Below are positions 18,205 to 28,058 of a stretch of DNA of 59,424 bases, piece after piece. The DNA comes from Candidatus Micrarchaeota archaeon. GTDB taxonomy: Archaea; Micrarchaeota; Micrarchaeia; Micrarchaeales; CABMGC01. Where the stretch lies: contig JAJZIU010000002.1 in the NCBI GenBank assembly GCA_021810455.1, positions 1 through 59,424 of the forward strand, read 5' to 3'. The notes beneath the pieces are model-generated. The model saw nothing but the letters and a program-made list of their open reading frames with translations. It was not told where the DNA came from and did no database searches. The number at the start of each line of letters is the position of its first letter. Position 1 is the stretch's first letter. A program made the position numbers and the translations under genes.

Positions 18205-20032
18205 AGACGCATTTTTAGATATTATAGAAAACGCTATAAGAAACGCATTCGATGGAACGGTAGTGATCGGCAGGAAGGAGATCGATTATTCTGTGCTCTT
18301 TCCAGCAGGAGAACATGCGGATATAAGTTCATCCGTAGCATTCAGAATTGCAAAAATTGTCAAGGATAATCCGAAGAACGTGGCGGATAAGATTATCGAA
18401 TCTGTCAAACCGATAAATCCAATAGTAAAAATGTCAAATCTCAATGGATACATAAATGCACAGTTAGATGAAAAAGAATACTGCAGAATGGTAATTGATG
18501 AAATTGAAAAAAAGAAGGGCAAGTATGGAAATTTGAATTTGGGAAATCTAAAAAAAGTCGTGATAGAGTTCCCAAGTGTAAATCCGAATAAACCATGGCA
18601 TATAGGACACTTAAGATGCGCATTGCTTGGAGATTCAATATCAAACGTGATGGAACATTGCAATTACAAAGTAGAGCGAATGGACTACATAGATGATCTC
18701 GGGCTTCAGATGGCGGAAATACTTTTAGCCATAGGAAATAAAAAAATTGAAAAGAAGTATGATTTGTTTTTAGGGGAAGAGTATGTACGGATAAACACTG
18801 AGATAAGGGAGGGACATTTGGAAAGCAAGGTTTCCGATATTTTGAAAAAAATGGAGGAGACAGAAACTGAGGAAAATAGAAGAGTGAGAGAAATTGCTGA
18901 AAGATGCGTACATGCACAGTACGAAACAGCTTTTGATTATGGGATATACCACGATTCCCTTGTTTTTGAAACAGACGTTGTTAGAGAAGGCTTATTTAAC
19001 ACAGCCATGGATCTGTTGAAAAAGGAAGGTATGGCATCAATAAGAACCGATGGCAATTATAAAGGTTGTTTAGTACTGGGAAGCAAAGAAACTGAAGAAG
19101 GAGAAGGGAAGGTTTTGATAAGAAGCACAGGTGTTCCAACATATATAGGCAAGGATATAGCATTTCATATGTGGAAATTGGGAATTCTAGAAAAGAAATT
19201 CAGATTTAATGAATTTATAAAACAGCCAAATGGAAAGATCGCGTATTCATCATCGCAAAATGGTAGAGAGATGGATTTTGGAGGCTCGGATCTTGCGATA
19301 AACATAATAGGTTCGGCACAGCAACTAAATCAGAAGTTACTGTCAGATTCATTCGAAATACTTGGCAATGGGAGAAAAAGCATAGTGCATCTTGCTTACG
19401 GAGAAGTGAATTTAAAGGAAGGATCGCTTAGCGGTAGGAGTGGCGGATGGATGGGAAGCGGAGCGAACTACACTGCAGATGACTTGTTAAGAGAGACGAC
19501 AACAAGGATAATAGATGTCTCAAGAAAGAACAAAAAACTCGAAGAAGGGAAAATCAACAGCACTTCCAAGAAGGTTGCAGTGGGAGCTATAAGATTTGAA
19601 TACCTTAGAATAGATCCGCTTAAGAAGGTGATATTCGAATGGAGTAGGGCTTTGGATTTGGAATCCAACAGTGGACCATACTGTATGTACATGCACGCAA
19701 GAGCTACAAGCATAATAGAGAAGGCAGGATATACGGAATCCTTGAAGGTTGATGATTACAAGCAGATGACACGCGGCTATGATTTTGAATTGATAAAGCT
19801 ATTGGGAAATGCTGAAGAGATAGTTAGAAAAGCGTGTGTAGAACTTAGGCCAAATGTCATAGCGGAGTATTTGATAGATATCAGTTCGGCTTTCAGCAGA
19901 TTTTATGAAAACATGCCGGTTTTAACAGGGGGAGATGCTATGAGATTAAGGCTTGCAATAGTTATCGCTTCGAAGCAAGTAATAAATAACATGCTTGGTT
20001 TATTAGGTATAGAAACGGTAGAAAAGATGTAA
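18188..20032 (+). CDS. argS: Arginine--tRNA ligase
   Basis: Class I synthetase with PSVNPNKPWHIGHLR (HIGH) and a C-terminal anticodon-binding domain. The start is taken at ATG 18188 (or 18194), overlapping the end of the HD gene. Confidence 0.9.
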   Translation: MCMYIRDAFLDIIENAIRNAFDGTVVIGRKEIDYSVLFPAGEHADISSSVAFRIAKIVKDNPKNVADKIIESVKPINPIVKMSNLNGYINAQLDEKEYCRMVIDEIEKKKGKYGNLNLGNLKKVVIEFPSVNPNKPWHIGHLRCALLGDSISNVMEHCNYKVERMDYIDDLGLQMAEILLAIGNKKIEKKYDLFLGEEYVRINTEIREGHLESKVSDILKKMEETETEENRRVREIAERCVHAQYETAFDYGIYHDSLVFETDVVREGLFNTAMDLLKKEGMASIRTDGNYKGCLVLGSKETEEGEGKVLIRSTGVPTYIGKDIAFHMWKLGILEKKFRFNEFIKQPNGKIAYSSSQNGREMDFGGSDLAINIIGSAQQLNQKLLSDSFEILGNGRKSIVHLAYGEVNLKEGSLSGRSGGWMGSGANYTADDLLRETTTRIIDVSRKNKKLEEGKINSTSKKVAVGAIRFEYLRIDPLKKVIFEWSRALDLESNSGPYCMYMHARATSIIEKAGYTESLKVDDYKQMTRGYDFELIKLLGNAEEIVRKACVELRPNVIAEYLIDISSAFSRFYENMPVLTGGDAMRLRLAIVIASKQVINNMLGLLGIETVEKM

Positions 20033-20144
20033 GGGCCTGTAGCTCAGCTTGGATAGAGCAGCACCGTCCTAAGGTGATGGTCGCGGGTTCAAAGTGTTTT
20101 TGCATTTTGTATGATTCAGAAACATGAAAATCCCGCCAGGCCCG
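20033..20144 (+). tRNA. tRNA-Arg(CCT) interrupted by a ~37-nt non-canonical intron in the T-loop
   Basis: Hand-folded. Acceptor GGGCCTG/CAGGCCC, D-arm GCTC/GAGC, anticodon loop GTCCTAA (CCT at 20068-20070), T-stem GCGGG (20083-20087)/CCCGC (20132-20136). TTCAAA and T are separated by 20094-20130. Confidence 0.75.
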
Positions 20145-20195
20145 TACATATTAATAAATCTGTTATAACAATTGTATTTCAGCTTGGTTATTTGC

Positions 20196-21230
20196 ATGGA
20201 AAACAGAAACAGGTCGAGAGAACCGAAAATACTCGTCAAACCTTTGGGCAGGTATGGTGGTTTGGACAATATACACCTCAGCCTTATAGTACTGGTTGCC
20301 ATACTGGTGACATTGCTCCTTGTGATATCTTATTATAAGCCACCAATAATGCCCAGCACCCAGAATAACAACTGCACTTATGCTTACAACGGATTATGCT
20401 CTGAGCCTATTCACAATGCAAGTATGATAAGTAAGATTGCTGCGCAGGAACTCGCAAGTTACAATTACGTGAACACGTCCTTATCGTTAATACCATACAT
20501 ATCAGATGTAAACAATGAAAGCATTTCTTACATGCCAAAAGAAAGCGATTGGTATGTTAATGTTCCAATGAAAAATCCTGGATCAAACACAATAGTCAAC
20601 TTTGGAATGCTGATAAATGATAAAAACGTTAGTGACATCGTTCCATTCCTTCAGACCGTTAGGCCACAAACCACACCAAATCAGTATGTGGTTTCAAAAG
20701 GCGTGGTTAAGTTGGGTGGAAAGGTTTCGTGTAATCAGAGCGGTCCGCTGCAAGTTTACTGGTTCATAGATCCTTATGCGAATGGAAACATCAGAAGCTT
20801 ATTCAATGCAGTTAATATTAGCAGTGAATATGGTAAAAACGTTTCAGTATCCACGTACATATTATCAACACAATCCACGCAGGCCATGATTAGCACGTAT
20901 GGTATTGGCGCATTGAATCTTGGCAAGTATGTTTACTGCGCTTCTAGACAGGAGAATTATGCGGATTTTGTCAAGGCTTTGAACATAAGTTACGTAGGCA
21001 CTTACATACCACAATCTACATTGCAAGACATAGCAAATTCATCCGGATTGAACATGAGCCAATTGAATAGCTGTATCGCATCTTCTCAGACTGTAATAAA
21101 TAGACAGGCGGTGCTTGCCAGCTATTATAACATCACTTCGACTCCCACCGTAGTAACAGATTGCCAGTACCTATCGATACCGCAAACCGAAAGCGAAGCG
21201 CTCTGCTATGCAGACAAAAGATTCTGCTGA
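20196..21230 (+). CDS. Membrane-anchored extracellular protein, DsbA-like thioredoxin fold without CxxC
   Basis: N-terminal TM (LSLIVLVAILVTLLLVI) and many N-x-S/T sequons. The C-terminal ~170 aa follow the DsbA/COG1651 pattern (VYWFIDPYANG ... YVYCASRQENYADFVKAL ... NITSTPTVV), with DPYANG where F-x-D-x-x-CPxC is expected. Confidence 0.45.
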   Translation: MENRNRSREPKILVKPLGRYGGLDNIHLSLIVLVAILVTLLLVISYYKPPIMPSTQNNNCTYAYNGLCSEPIHNASMISKIAAQELASYNYVNTSLSLIPYISDVNNESISYMPKESDWYVNVPMKNPGSNTIVNFGMLINDKNVSDIVPFLQTVRPQTTPNQYVVSKGVVKLGGKVSCNQSGPLQVYWFIDPYANGNIRSLFNAVNISSEYGKNVSVSTYILSTQSTQAMISTYGIGALNLGKYVYCASRQENYADFVKALNISYVGTYIPQSTLQDIANSSGLNMSQLNSCIASSQTVINRQAVLASYYNITSTPTVVTDCQYLSIPQTESEALCYADKRFC

Positions 21231-21236
21231 ATCACG

Positions 21237-21596
21237 ATGTATATAATAGTTGGAGTTGACACAGGAAAAACCTCAGCGATAGCGTGTGTGGATCTCAGTA
21301 GAAGATTGGTTTTCACTTCTACAAGGAGATTTGGAGGAATCGAATGGTTTGTGGAAACAATAAGAAACCGCGGTTCTCCAGTAATAATGGCAAGTGACAA
21401 GCATAAAGCAAACGGTTCGATAATTAAACTAGCTTCTATTTTTGACGCTGTACTTTATGTGCCACGAGAGGACATAAGCGTTGGGAAAAAGAAGGAAGTT
21501 GCCGGAAATCTTGGCAGAAGTGTGCATGAGAGAGATGCCGTATCTGCGGCAATGTCAGCTTATAACAAATATGCAAATAAGGTAAATCAGGCATAG
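21237..21596 (+). CDS. DUF460-like RNase H-fold (RuvC-like) domain protein, short form
   Basis: MYIIVGVDTGKTSAIACVDL start typical of RuvC/DUF460 nuclease folds, and later HERDAVSAA. Confidence 0.5.
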   Translation: MYIIVGVDTGKTSAIACVDLSRRLVFTSTRRFGGIEWFVETIRNRGSPVIMASDKHKANGSIIKLASIFDAVLYVPREDISVGKKKEVAGNLGRSVHERDAVSAAMSAYNKYANKVNQA

Positions 21597-21872
21597 AACA
21601 TGGCGAAAGAAGTCGGCATGTCTGACGTTGATACGGTTAAGGCATTGGTAATAAAGAAACATTCAGTGTATGAAGCCCTTATAGGCAAAAAAGCAGAAGA
21701 TTTGTTAGATGATATCAGACAGATTTAGCCGGATATTTGTACTTTTATCTGGTTGGTTTTTTGGAGAGTGATTTTTGAGAGGACAATACCGTAACATTAT
21801 TAAAGTCTCACTTTTAATTATGTATCGACAATTTTTAATTTACAGCGGCCAGATATTTGATAGATGTTATTT

Positions 21873-22196
21873 ATGGAAAAGCCTACATCAATAAAAGAGG
21901 TCCAAGTTGCTGAACAGAAGGCAAAACTTATTTTGGATAATGCTCTGGCTGAAAAGGAATCATCTATTTCAAAGGCTGCGAGTAAAGCGCAGAAGAATAT
22001 CGATGAAAGCATCGAAAATTCAAAGAAAATTCATGAAAAGACACTTAGAGATGCTGAACTGAAACTGATTTCAGAAAGAAAGGAGGCACTATCAAAAGCA
22101 CACAAGGATGCGGCGAAGTTGAAGAAATCTTCGATGAATAAAACAGCATTGGAGAAAGCCGTAAAAATAGCTATAAAAGAAATATTAGGTATGTAA
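21873..22196 (+). CDS. atpH: A-type ATP synthase subunit H
   Basis: Small charged coiled-coil protein directly upstream of atpI. Assigned by position in the conserved archaeal H-I-K-E-C-F-A-B-D order. Confidence 0.55.
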   Translation: MEKPTSIKEVQVAEQKAKLILDNALAEKESSISKAASKAQKNIDESIENSKKIHEKTLRDAELKLISERKEALSKAHKDAAKLKKSSMNKTALEKAVKIAIKEILGM

Positions 22197-24062
22197 ATGC
22201 TACGCACCGAGCCTATGCAAAAGATAAGGCTCCTTTGCCTTGATAAGGATAAGGATAGTGTAATCATTGCATTGCACAAGTTGGGTGCAGTAGATCTTAG
22301 AAAAAGCAAATTGGATTTGCAGGATTACGGTTCTTCTACGGAAATAGGAGAACTTTCCGAATTATTAGTAAGGGTTCAGGGAGCAATAGACGCACTTGAA
22401 AAACGTGAAGTTAAAAAAGAGAAACATTTGTCCAGAGATCTTCTCGTAAATAGAGTCAAAAAATTTAGTGCGATAAATGATATATACGCACTAAACGAAA
22501 AACGAAGAGACATCAGAGAGGAAGAAAAGTTATTGGATTATGCCGAAGAAGTCGCACGTGCTTTCGAAAGTTCAAACATTGATTTTTCTTACTGTGACAC
22601 AAAGTATATTACAGTGAGAGGATTCCAGGTTGAGAATAAACAAATAAAAGTTATAGAGAAGGAACTCGGGCAGAAATCCACAGATGTAACAGTAGACATT
22701 TCTCGCATTGATAAGGATTACTCATCATTACTTGTAGCATATGAGAAAGGCAAAGCTGGAATTGAGGAATTGGTAAGAACGTACAAATTAAGAGAGTACG
22801 ATTTCAAAGCTGCATTCTTGACAGGTGTACCAAAACAGGTAATGCATACGGTATCTTCTAAGAGAAAGAGGAATAGTGAAGAACTGTCACTGATAAGTAA
22901 AAGGATGTCAAAACTCAGTGATCAGAATTATTCGAAACTGGTAGGATTTGCAGAGATGCTTCGCATAGAAATAGAACGTGCAGAGATAAGCGTAAATCTG
23001 AAAAGAACGGAGAGGAGCATAATGTTAGAAGGCTGGGTTCCGAAGAAACAGATGGAAGCTACACGCAATGCAATTTCGAAAGATACTAGGGGCAGGTTTG
23101 TTATAGAGGACATGGATGCTGAAGATGAACTAGCACCAACGCTTCTTAACAGGCCAAAATTCCTTAAGCCGTTTGACTATATGGTTGAATTTTTCTCCGT
23201 GCCTAGAAGTGATGAGATAGATCCGACATGGATTTTTATAATATCATTTCCGATATTCTACGGACTGATGATATCGGACGTGGGGTACGGTGTGGCTTCA
23301 TTTCTATTTGTGACATGGGTAAGAAAGATAACAAATCCAGAAGGATTGGTTTACAACGCAGCAGGAATATGGCAACTGTGCGCATTATCTGCTATTTTCT
23401 TCGGATTTCTATCAAACCAATACTTTGGATTACAGTTGAATCAATACTTCATTAAAAATTTCATGCCTCTTGATTGGTTCGGCAATGTGAGTTCGATAAT
23501 AATGCTTACCGTGTATTTTGGAATAGCACAAGTGATACTTGGACTTGCTTTTGGATTTGTAAATAGCTACAAAAAGAGGCACATGAAAATCGCGGCGAGT
23601 AAATTGACTTCAATAGCGCTTATTGCATTCAGTTACGTTAGCATAGGAGGCGCATTCTTCGGAGCCTTCAACGGAACTGCAACCATAACGGCAACCGTGT
23701 TTGCAGTGATGATGCTCATAGCCACAGCAATATTGACAGGCAGTGAAGCTGTGGAGATAACAAATCTGCTCACGCACATATTAAGTTATACAAGAATAAT
23801 GGGTTTTGGATTAGGAAGCGTGATAATAGCATTTCTCATAGATCAGGCGTTTACGCCAACTTTTAGCCATGGTATACTATTATTTGTCGTTTATCTGATA
23901 ATGTTTATAGTGCTTCACTTCTTAAACATGATTGTTGGAATTTTTGAAGGCATTGTTCAAGGAATAAGGCTTAATTTCGTTGAATTCTTTACAAAGTTTT
24001 ATGAAGGAGGAGGAATCAAGTTCAAACCTTTCTCATACAAGAGAGTTTATACTAAAGAATAG
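22197..24062 (+). CDS. atpI: A-type ATP synthase subunit I (a-like stator/proton channel)
   Basis: 621 aa with a soluble coiled-coil N-half and a polytopic C-half. Contains LSYTRIMGFGLGS (conserved Arg region). Confidence 0.9.
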   Translation: MLRTEPMQKIRLLCLDKDKDSVIIALHKLGAVDLRKSKLDLQDYGSSTEIGELSELLVRVQGAIDALEKREVKKEKHLSRDLLVNRVKKFSAINDIYALNEKRRDIREEEKLLDYAEEVARAFESSNIDFSYCDTKYITVRGFQVENKQIKVIEKELGQKSTDVTVDISRIDKDYSSLLVAYEKGKAGIEELVRTYKLREYDFKAAFLTGVPKQVMHTVSSKRKRNSEELSLISKRMSKLSDQNYSKLVGFAEMLRIEIERAEISVNLKRTERSIMLEGWVPKKQMEATRNAISKDTRGRFVIEDMDAEDELAPTLLNRPKFLKPFDYMVEFFSVPRSDEIDPTWIFIISFPIFYGLMISDVGYGVASFLFVTWVRKITNPEGLVYNAAGIWQLCALSAIFFGFLSNQYFGLQLNQYFIKNFMPLDWFGNVSSIIMLTVYFGIAQVILGLAFGFVNSYKKRHMKIAASKLTSIALIAFSYVSIGGAFFGAFNGTATITATVFAVMMLIATAILTGSEAVEITNLLTHILSYTRIMGFGLGSVIIAFLIDQAFTPTFSHGILLFVVYLIMFIVLHFLNMIVGIFEGIVQGIRLNFVEFFTKFYEGGGIKFKPFSYKRVYTKE

Positions 24063-24070
24063 GTGAAAAT

Positions 24071-24307
24071 GTGGTAATAACTTCCGCAGCTGCAACAGCT
24101 GCAATAGGAGCAGGATTGGCTATATTTGGAGGAGCCATAGGTACAGGAATCGCACAGTCAGGAATAGGAGCTGCAGGACTTGGACTGCTTGCAGAGAAAC
24201 CTGAAGAAATGGGAAGAGTGTTGCTCTTCATAGTACTTCCTGAAACGCTGGTCATATTCGGCCTTGTAATAGCAATTCTTATACTCTTAAGCGCTGGTGT
24301 AGTATAA
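24071..24307 (+). CDS. atpK: A-type ATP synthase subunit K (c/proteolipid, single hairpin)
   Basis: 78 aa, Gly/Ala-rich helix 1 (AIGAGLAIFGGAIGTGIAQ) and an ion-binding Glu in LPETLVIFGLV. GTG start. Confidence 0.9.
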   Translation: MVITSAAATAAIGAGLAIFGGAIGTGIAQSGIGAAGLGLLAEKPEEMGRVLLFIVLPETLVIFGLVIAILILLSAGVV

Positions 24308-24317
24308 AGGTGTAAGT

Positions 24318-24869
24318 GTGGCTTTGCCAGAGCTTAAAAGAGACATTGAGAATGAGGCCAGGGCTAAAGTGAAGGCCGTGGAAAAGGAAACCGAAAAAGA
24401 GGTGGAAAAAATACTGAAGGAGGCCAAAGCAGAATCGGAGAAAATAATCTCTAAGGCCAAGGAGGAAGCCAACAAGGAAGCTAAAGCGAAACTTGCTGAA
24501 GGTAAAGCAGAAATAGGAATGGAGATTGAATCTGTAATAAATGCAGCCAAGACTGAAGCCATAGATACACACTTCAACGTTTTCAAGAAAAAACTGTCGG
24601 TTGAGCTTTCCAAGCACATGCAAGAGATAGCTAAAAACGCCATAAAGCAGTTCCGGAATGTTGTAGGAGATGAAGAGGTGTTTGTTGAGACAAACAAGAA
24701 AAACGCATTAATGATGAAAGGCGTAAAGAATGTGAAGTATGCGGATATAGAAGGATTTACATTATATACCTCAGACAAGAAAATAAGCCTTCACGTTAGT
24801 GTGGACCGACTCATAAGTGATAGAGAACATGAGTTGAAGAGCATAATGGCAGCGCATGTATTCAAGTGA
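24318..24869 (+). CDS. atpE: A-type ATP synthase subunit E
   Basis: Lys/Glu/Ala-rich N-terminal helix followed by a globular C-terminus. Operon position supports the call. GTG start. Confidence 0.8.
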   Translation: MALPELKRDIENEARAKVKAVEKETEKEVEKILKEAKAESEKIISKAKEEANKEAKAKLAEGKAEIGMEIESVINAAKTEAIDTHFNVFKKKLSVELSKHMQEIAKNAIKQFRNVVGDEEVFVETNKKNALMMKGVKNVKYADIEGFTLYTSDKKISLHVSVDRLISDREHELKSIMAAHVFK

Positions 24870-24875
24870 TTTTTG

Positions 24876-25934
24876 ATGGGTTACTCGGCAATAATGAAGT
24901 ATGCTTACCCAAGCACCAGAGTAAAGGCCATGGAAGCCAAACTGCTCAGTAGCTCTGCCATGAAAAGCATAGCTACAGCAAAGGATGTAGGCTCAATAAT
25001 GTCAGTGTTAATCCAGACGGACTACAACAAGGCGTTATCTGAGTTTGGTGGAATAGCGATAAAGCATTCGCTGATAGACTTTGCATTAAGCAAGAACATG
25101 GCAGAGAGGTTAGGCAAACTCATAGGAGTAACACCTAAACAAAACAGAAGCGTTCTGAGGAATGTGACTGGAAAGCTGGAGCTTAATAACGTAAAACTTG
25201 CAATAGAAGCAAAGGATCGCAATCTAGGATACGATGCAATATCCTCATACATAATAGACTATGGGATTTACAACCAATCTGCAGTGAAAGAAGCCATGAG
25301 AGAACCCTCCATAGAAGACATGCTCTCGAGATTTATGAAGAATTCGCCTTATGCAGACATAATAAAGGATGCGATAGACATTTACAAGAGCAGCAAAGAC
25401 GCCATTGAAACGGTTAGTGCCATAGATGTAAGATATTATAAATTATTAGGCACTTCCATAAACAAACTCCTACAGACATCGGACAGATCATCAGCTATAT
25501 TAAGAATGGATATCGATATGAGAAACTTGCTCATTCTTATAAGAGCAAAGAAAAGAAAAATCGCATTCTCGGAAGTTTCTAAAAACCTGATAAGTAATGG
25601 AAATGTCAATGAAAATGCATTGGCAGGGATGTATAATGGATCAGAGGACGTAAGTACGTTTGCTGGTTCGATTAAAAGTTTTGATTTGAAGGAAGCTATT
25701 GAACAGTACAAGAAAAATGGACAGTTGATAGCGTTTGAAATAGGGATGAGAAATTCGCTTTTTGCAAAGAGCTTGAGTGTACTGAGATGTTCGACGTTGT
25801 CGTTCGCAAGTCTTCTCGCATATGTATACTTAAAAGAGACGGAGGTTTTTGCGCTTAGAATATTAATAAAGAGCAAAATGTACGGACTTTCGGAGGAAGA
25901 GATATCAAGGTTGATAACATGGAAGATCGCATAA
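24876..25934 (+). CDS. atpC: A-type ATP synthase subunit C (d-like)
   Basis: ~350-aa all-helical protein starting YAYPSTRVKAMEAKLL, in the expected operon position. Confidence 0.8.
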   Translation: MGYSAIMKYAYPSTRVKAMEAKLLSSSAMKSIATAKDVGSIMSVLIQTDYNKALSEFGGIAIKHSLIDFALSKNMAERLGKLIGVTPKQNRSVLRNVTGKLELNNVKLAIEAKDRNLGYDAISSYIIDYGIYNQSAVKEAMREPSIEDMLSRFMKNSPYADIIKDAIDIYKSSKDAIETVSAIDVRYYKLLGTSINKLLQTSDRSSAILRMDIDMRNLLILIRAKKRKIAFSEVSKNLISNGNVNENALAGMYNGSEDVSTFAGSIKSFDLKEAIEQYKKNGQLIAFEIGMRNSLFAKSLSVLRCSTLSFASLLAYVYLKETEVFALRILIKSKMYGLSEEEISRLITWKIA

Positions 25935-26263
25935 AGGGAGATTATAAAATAGCAGTTGTAGCAAACAACGAAGCAGTCTTGGGATTCAAGATTGCAGGAG
26001 TTCGTGATGCACGCACTGTTGAAACTCAGGAGGAAGCAGAATCAGTAGTAAAGGACATATTGGAGAAAAAAGATATTGGAGTTGTCATAATAACGTCAAA
26101 TATTTCAAGAATGATAAAGGATAGGAGGTTACACAACGCAATACAGAGTAGCCTTTTGCCTATGTTCGTAGAAGTGCCAGAGTACAATGAGGAATTTAAA
26201 CCTGATACGCTCAGGGCACTAGTTATGCGAGCACTTGGAATAGATATAAACAGAATAGGTTGA
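25919..26263 (+). CDS. atpF: A-type ATP synthase subunit F
   Basis: ~110 aa with [18 protein letters not shown], in the expected operon position. Confidence 0.85.
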   Translation: MEDRIKGDYKIAVVANNEAVLGFKIAGVRDARTVETQEEAESVVKDILEKKDIGVVIITSNISRMIKDRRLHNAIQSSLLPMFVEVPEYNEEFKPDTLRALVMRALGIDINRIG

Positions 26264-26267
26264 AATT

Positions 26268-28049
26268 ATGGGAATTATACAAAGAGTATCTGGACCGCTT
26301 GTTATAGCAAAGGATATGCTTGGAAGCAGAATGTACGATGTGGTAAAAGTTGGCAGTGGTGAGCTCGTAGGCGAGATAATTCAACTTAAGGGGAGCTCCG
26401 CAGTCATACAGGTTTATGAAGATACTACAGGAGTGAAACCAGGAGATGAAGTGTACACGACAGGCGCGCCATTATCAGTAGAACTGGGCCCAGGAATACT
26501 CGGAATGATATATGATGGTATTCAAAGGCCATTGGATGATTTATTCAAAAAGAGTGGTGCGTTTATAGGAAAGGGAATAAGCGTTGCATCGTTAGACAGA
26601 AATAAAAAATGGAAATTCAATGCTTCGGTTAAGAAAGGTGTCAGAGTAAGTGAAGGGGAAATATTAGGTTACGTGCAGGAAACCCCAACAATCAAGCATT
26701 ACATAATGGTTCCGTATGGAGTGAATGGCAAAGTGAAGGAGATAAGGAGTGGTAACTTTTCCATAGATAGCACTATTGCCAAAGTAGAACATAACGGCAA
26801 AACTATGGAGATCAAGATGCTTCAAAAAAGACCGGTAAGGATACAAAGTAAGTTCAAAAGAAAATTCGGCACTAATGAACCATTAGTTACAGGGCAGAGA
26901 GTCGTGGATACAATGTTTCCTATAGCTAAGGGAGGTACAGCTGCAGTTCCAGGACCATTTGGATCTGGAAAAACAGTACTTCAACAAAGCTTGGCAAAAT
27001 GGTCTAATGCAGATATAGTGGTTTATGTAGGTTGCGGAGAAAGAGGCAACGAGATGACAGACGTACTTACCGAATTCCCAGAATTGAAAGATCCTAACAC
27101 AGGAAGACCCTTAATGGAACGAACAGTGCTTATAGCAAATACGAGTAACATGCCCGTAGCTGCGAGAGAAGCAAGTATATACGCAGGCATAACAATAGCA
27201 GAGTATTTCAGAGACATGGGATACGAAGTTGCAGTTATGGCAGACTCGACATCAAGATGGGCCGAAGCGATGAGAGAGATATCAGCAAGACTTGAGGAGA
27301 TGCCAGGTGAGGAAGCATATCCAGCTTATCTTCCAAAAAGACTTGCGGAATATTACGAAAGAAGCGGAAGAGTCGAAGCTTTGAGTGGCAAGAAAGGCGG
27401 TATTACATTGATAGGGGCTGTTTCACCAACCGGAGGAGACATATCAGAACCAGTATCGCAGGGAACGCTCAGGGTAGTGAAGGTGTTTTGGGCACTTGAT
27501 GCATCATTGGCTGGTTCTAGGCATTTTCCGGCAATAAACTGGCTTAACAGTTACTCGTTGTATATGGATTCACTTAAGGATTGGTACTCTAGCAACGTTA
27601 GCAGCGATTTCGTAAGCAGAAGAAACGATGCGATGAAACTGCTACAGAGAGAAGCTGAACTCAAAGACATAGTACAGCTTGTTGGAGAGGATGCTTTGCC
27701 TGATTCTGAACGCATAGTGCTTACAATAGGCAGGATGTTGAGGGAAGATTACCTTAGACAAAGTGCATTTGATGAAATAGATGCATACTCCACTTTGAAG
27801 AAGCAGAATCTCATGCTTGATGCCATAATGCATTTTGCAAAATATGCTACAGAAGCAGTAAAGAAAGGTGTTGGAGCTGAGAGCATAGCAAACATGAAAG
27901 TAAAATCGGAAATTGCCAGAATGAAAGGTATAAAGGAGAACGAGATAGAGAGTTCTGCAAAAAAGATAATGGAGAACATAAACAAGGAGATGGATACACT
28001 GATAAGAGCTGAGCAGGAAGTGGAAAAGGAGGAGGTAAGAAAGAAATGA
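26268..28049 (+). CDS. atpA: A-type ATP synthase catalytic subunit A
   Basis: Walker [17 protein letters not shown], and the non-homologous insert region typical of A/V-type A subunits. At 593 aa there is no intein. Confidence 0.95.
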   Translation: MGIIQRVSGPLVIAKDMLGSRMYDVVKVGSGELVGEIIQLKGSSAVIQVYEDTTGVKPGDEVYTTGAPLSVELGPGILGMIYDGIQRPLDDLFKKSGAFIGKGISVASLDRNKKWKFNASVKKGVRVSEGEILGYVQETPTIKHYIMVPYGVNGKVKEIRSGNFSIDSTIAKVEHNGKTMEIKMLQKRPVRIQSKFKRKFGTNEPLVTGQRVVDTMFPIAKGGTAAVPGPFGSGKTVLQQSLAKWSNADIVVYVGCGERGNEMTDVLTEFPELKDPNTGRPLMERTVLIANTSNMPVAAREASIYAGITIAEYFRDMGYEVAVMADSTSRWAEAMREISARLEEMPGEEAYPAYLPKRLAEYYERSGRVEALSGKKGGITLIGAVSPTGGDISEPVSQGTLRVVKVFWALDASLAGSRHFPAINWLNSYSLYMDSLKDWYSSNVSSDFVSRRNDAMKLLQREAELKDIVQLVGEDALPDSERIVLTIGRMLREDYLRQSAFDEIDAYSTLKKQNLMLDAIMHFAKYATEAVKKGVGAESIANMKVKSEIARMKGIKENEIESSAKKIMENINKEMDTLIRAEQEVEKEEVRKK

Positions 28050-28058
28050 GGCGTTTGT

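Noticed and set aside
26268-28049. Intein in atpA, as found in some Thermoplasmata.
   Set aside because: The protein is 593 aa with contiguous catalytic motifs and has no insertion of intein size.
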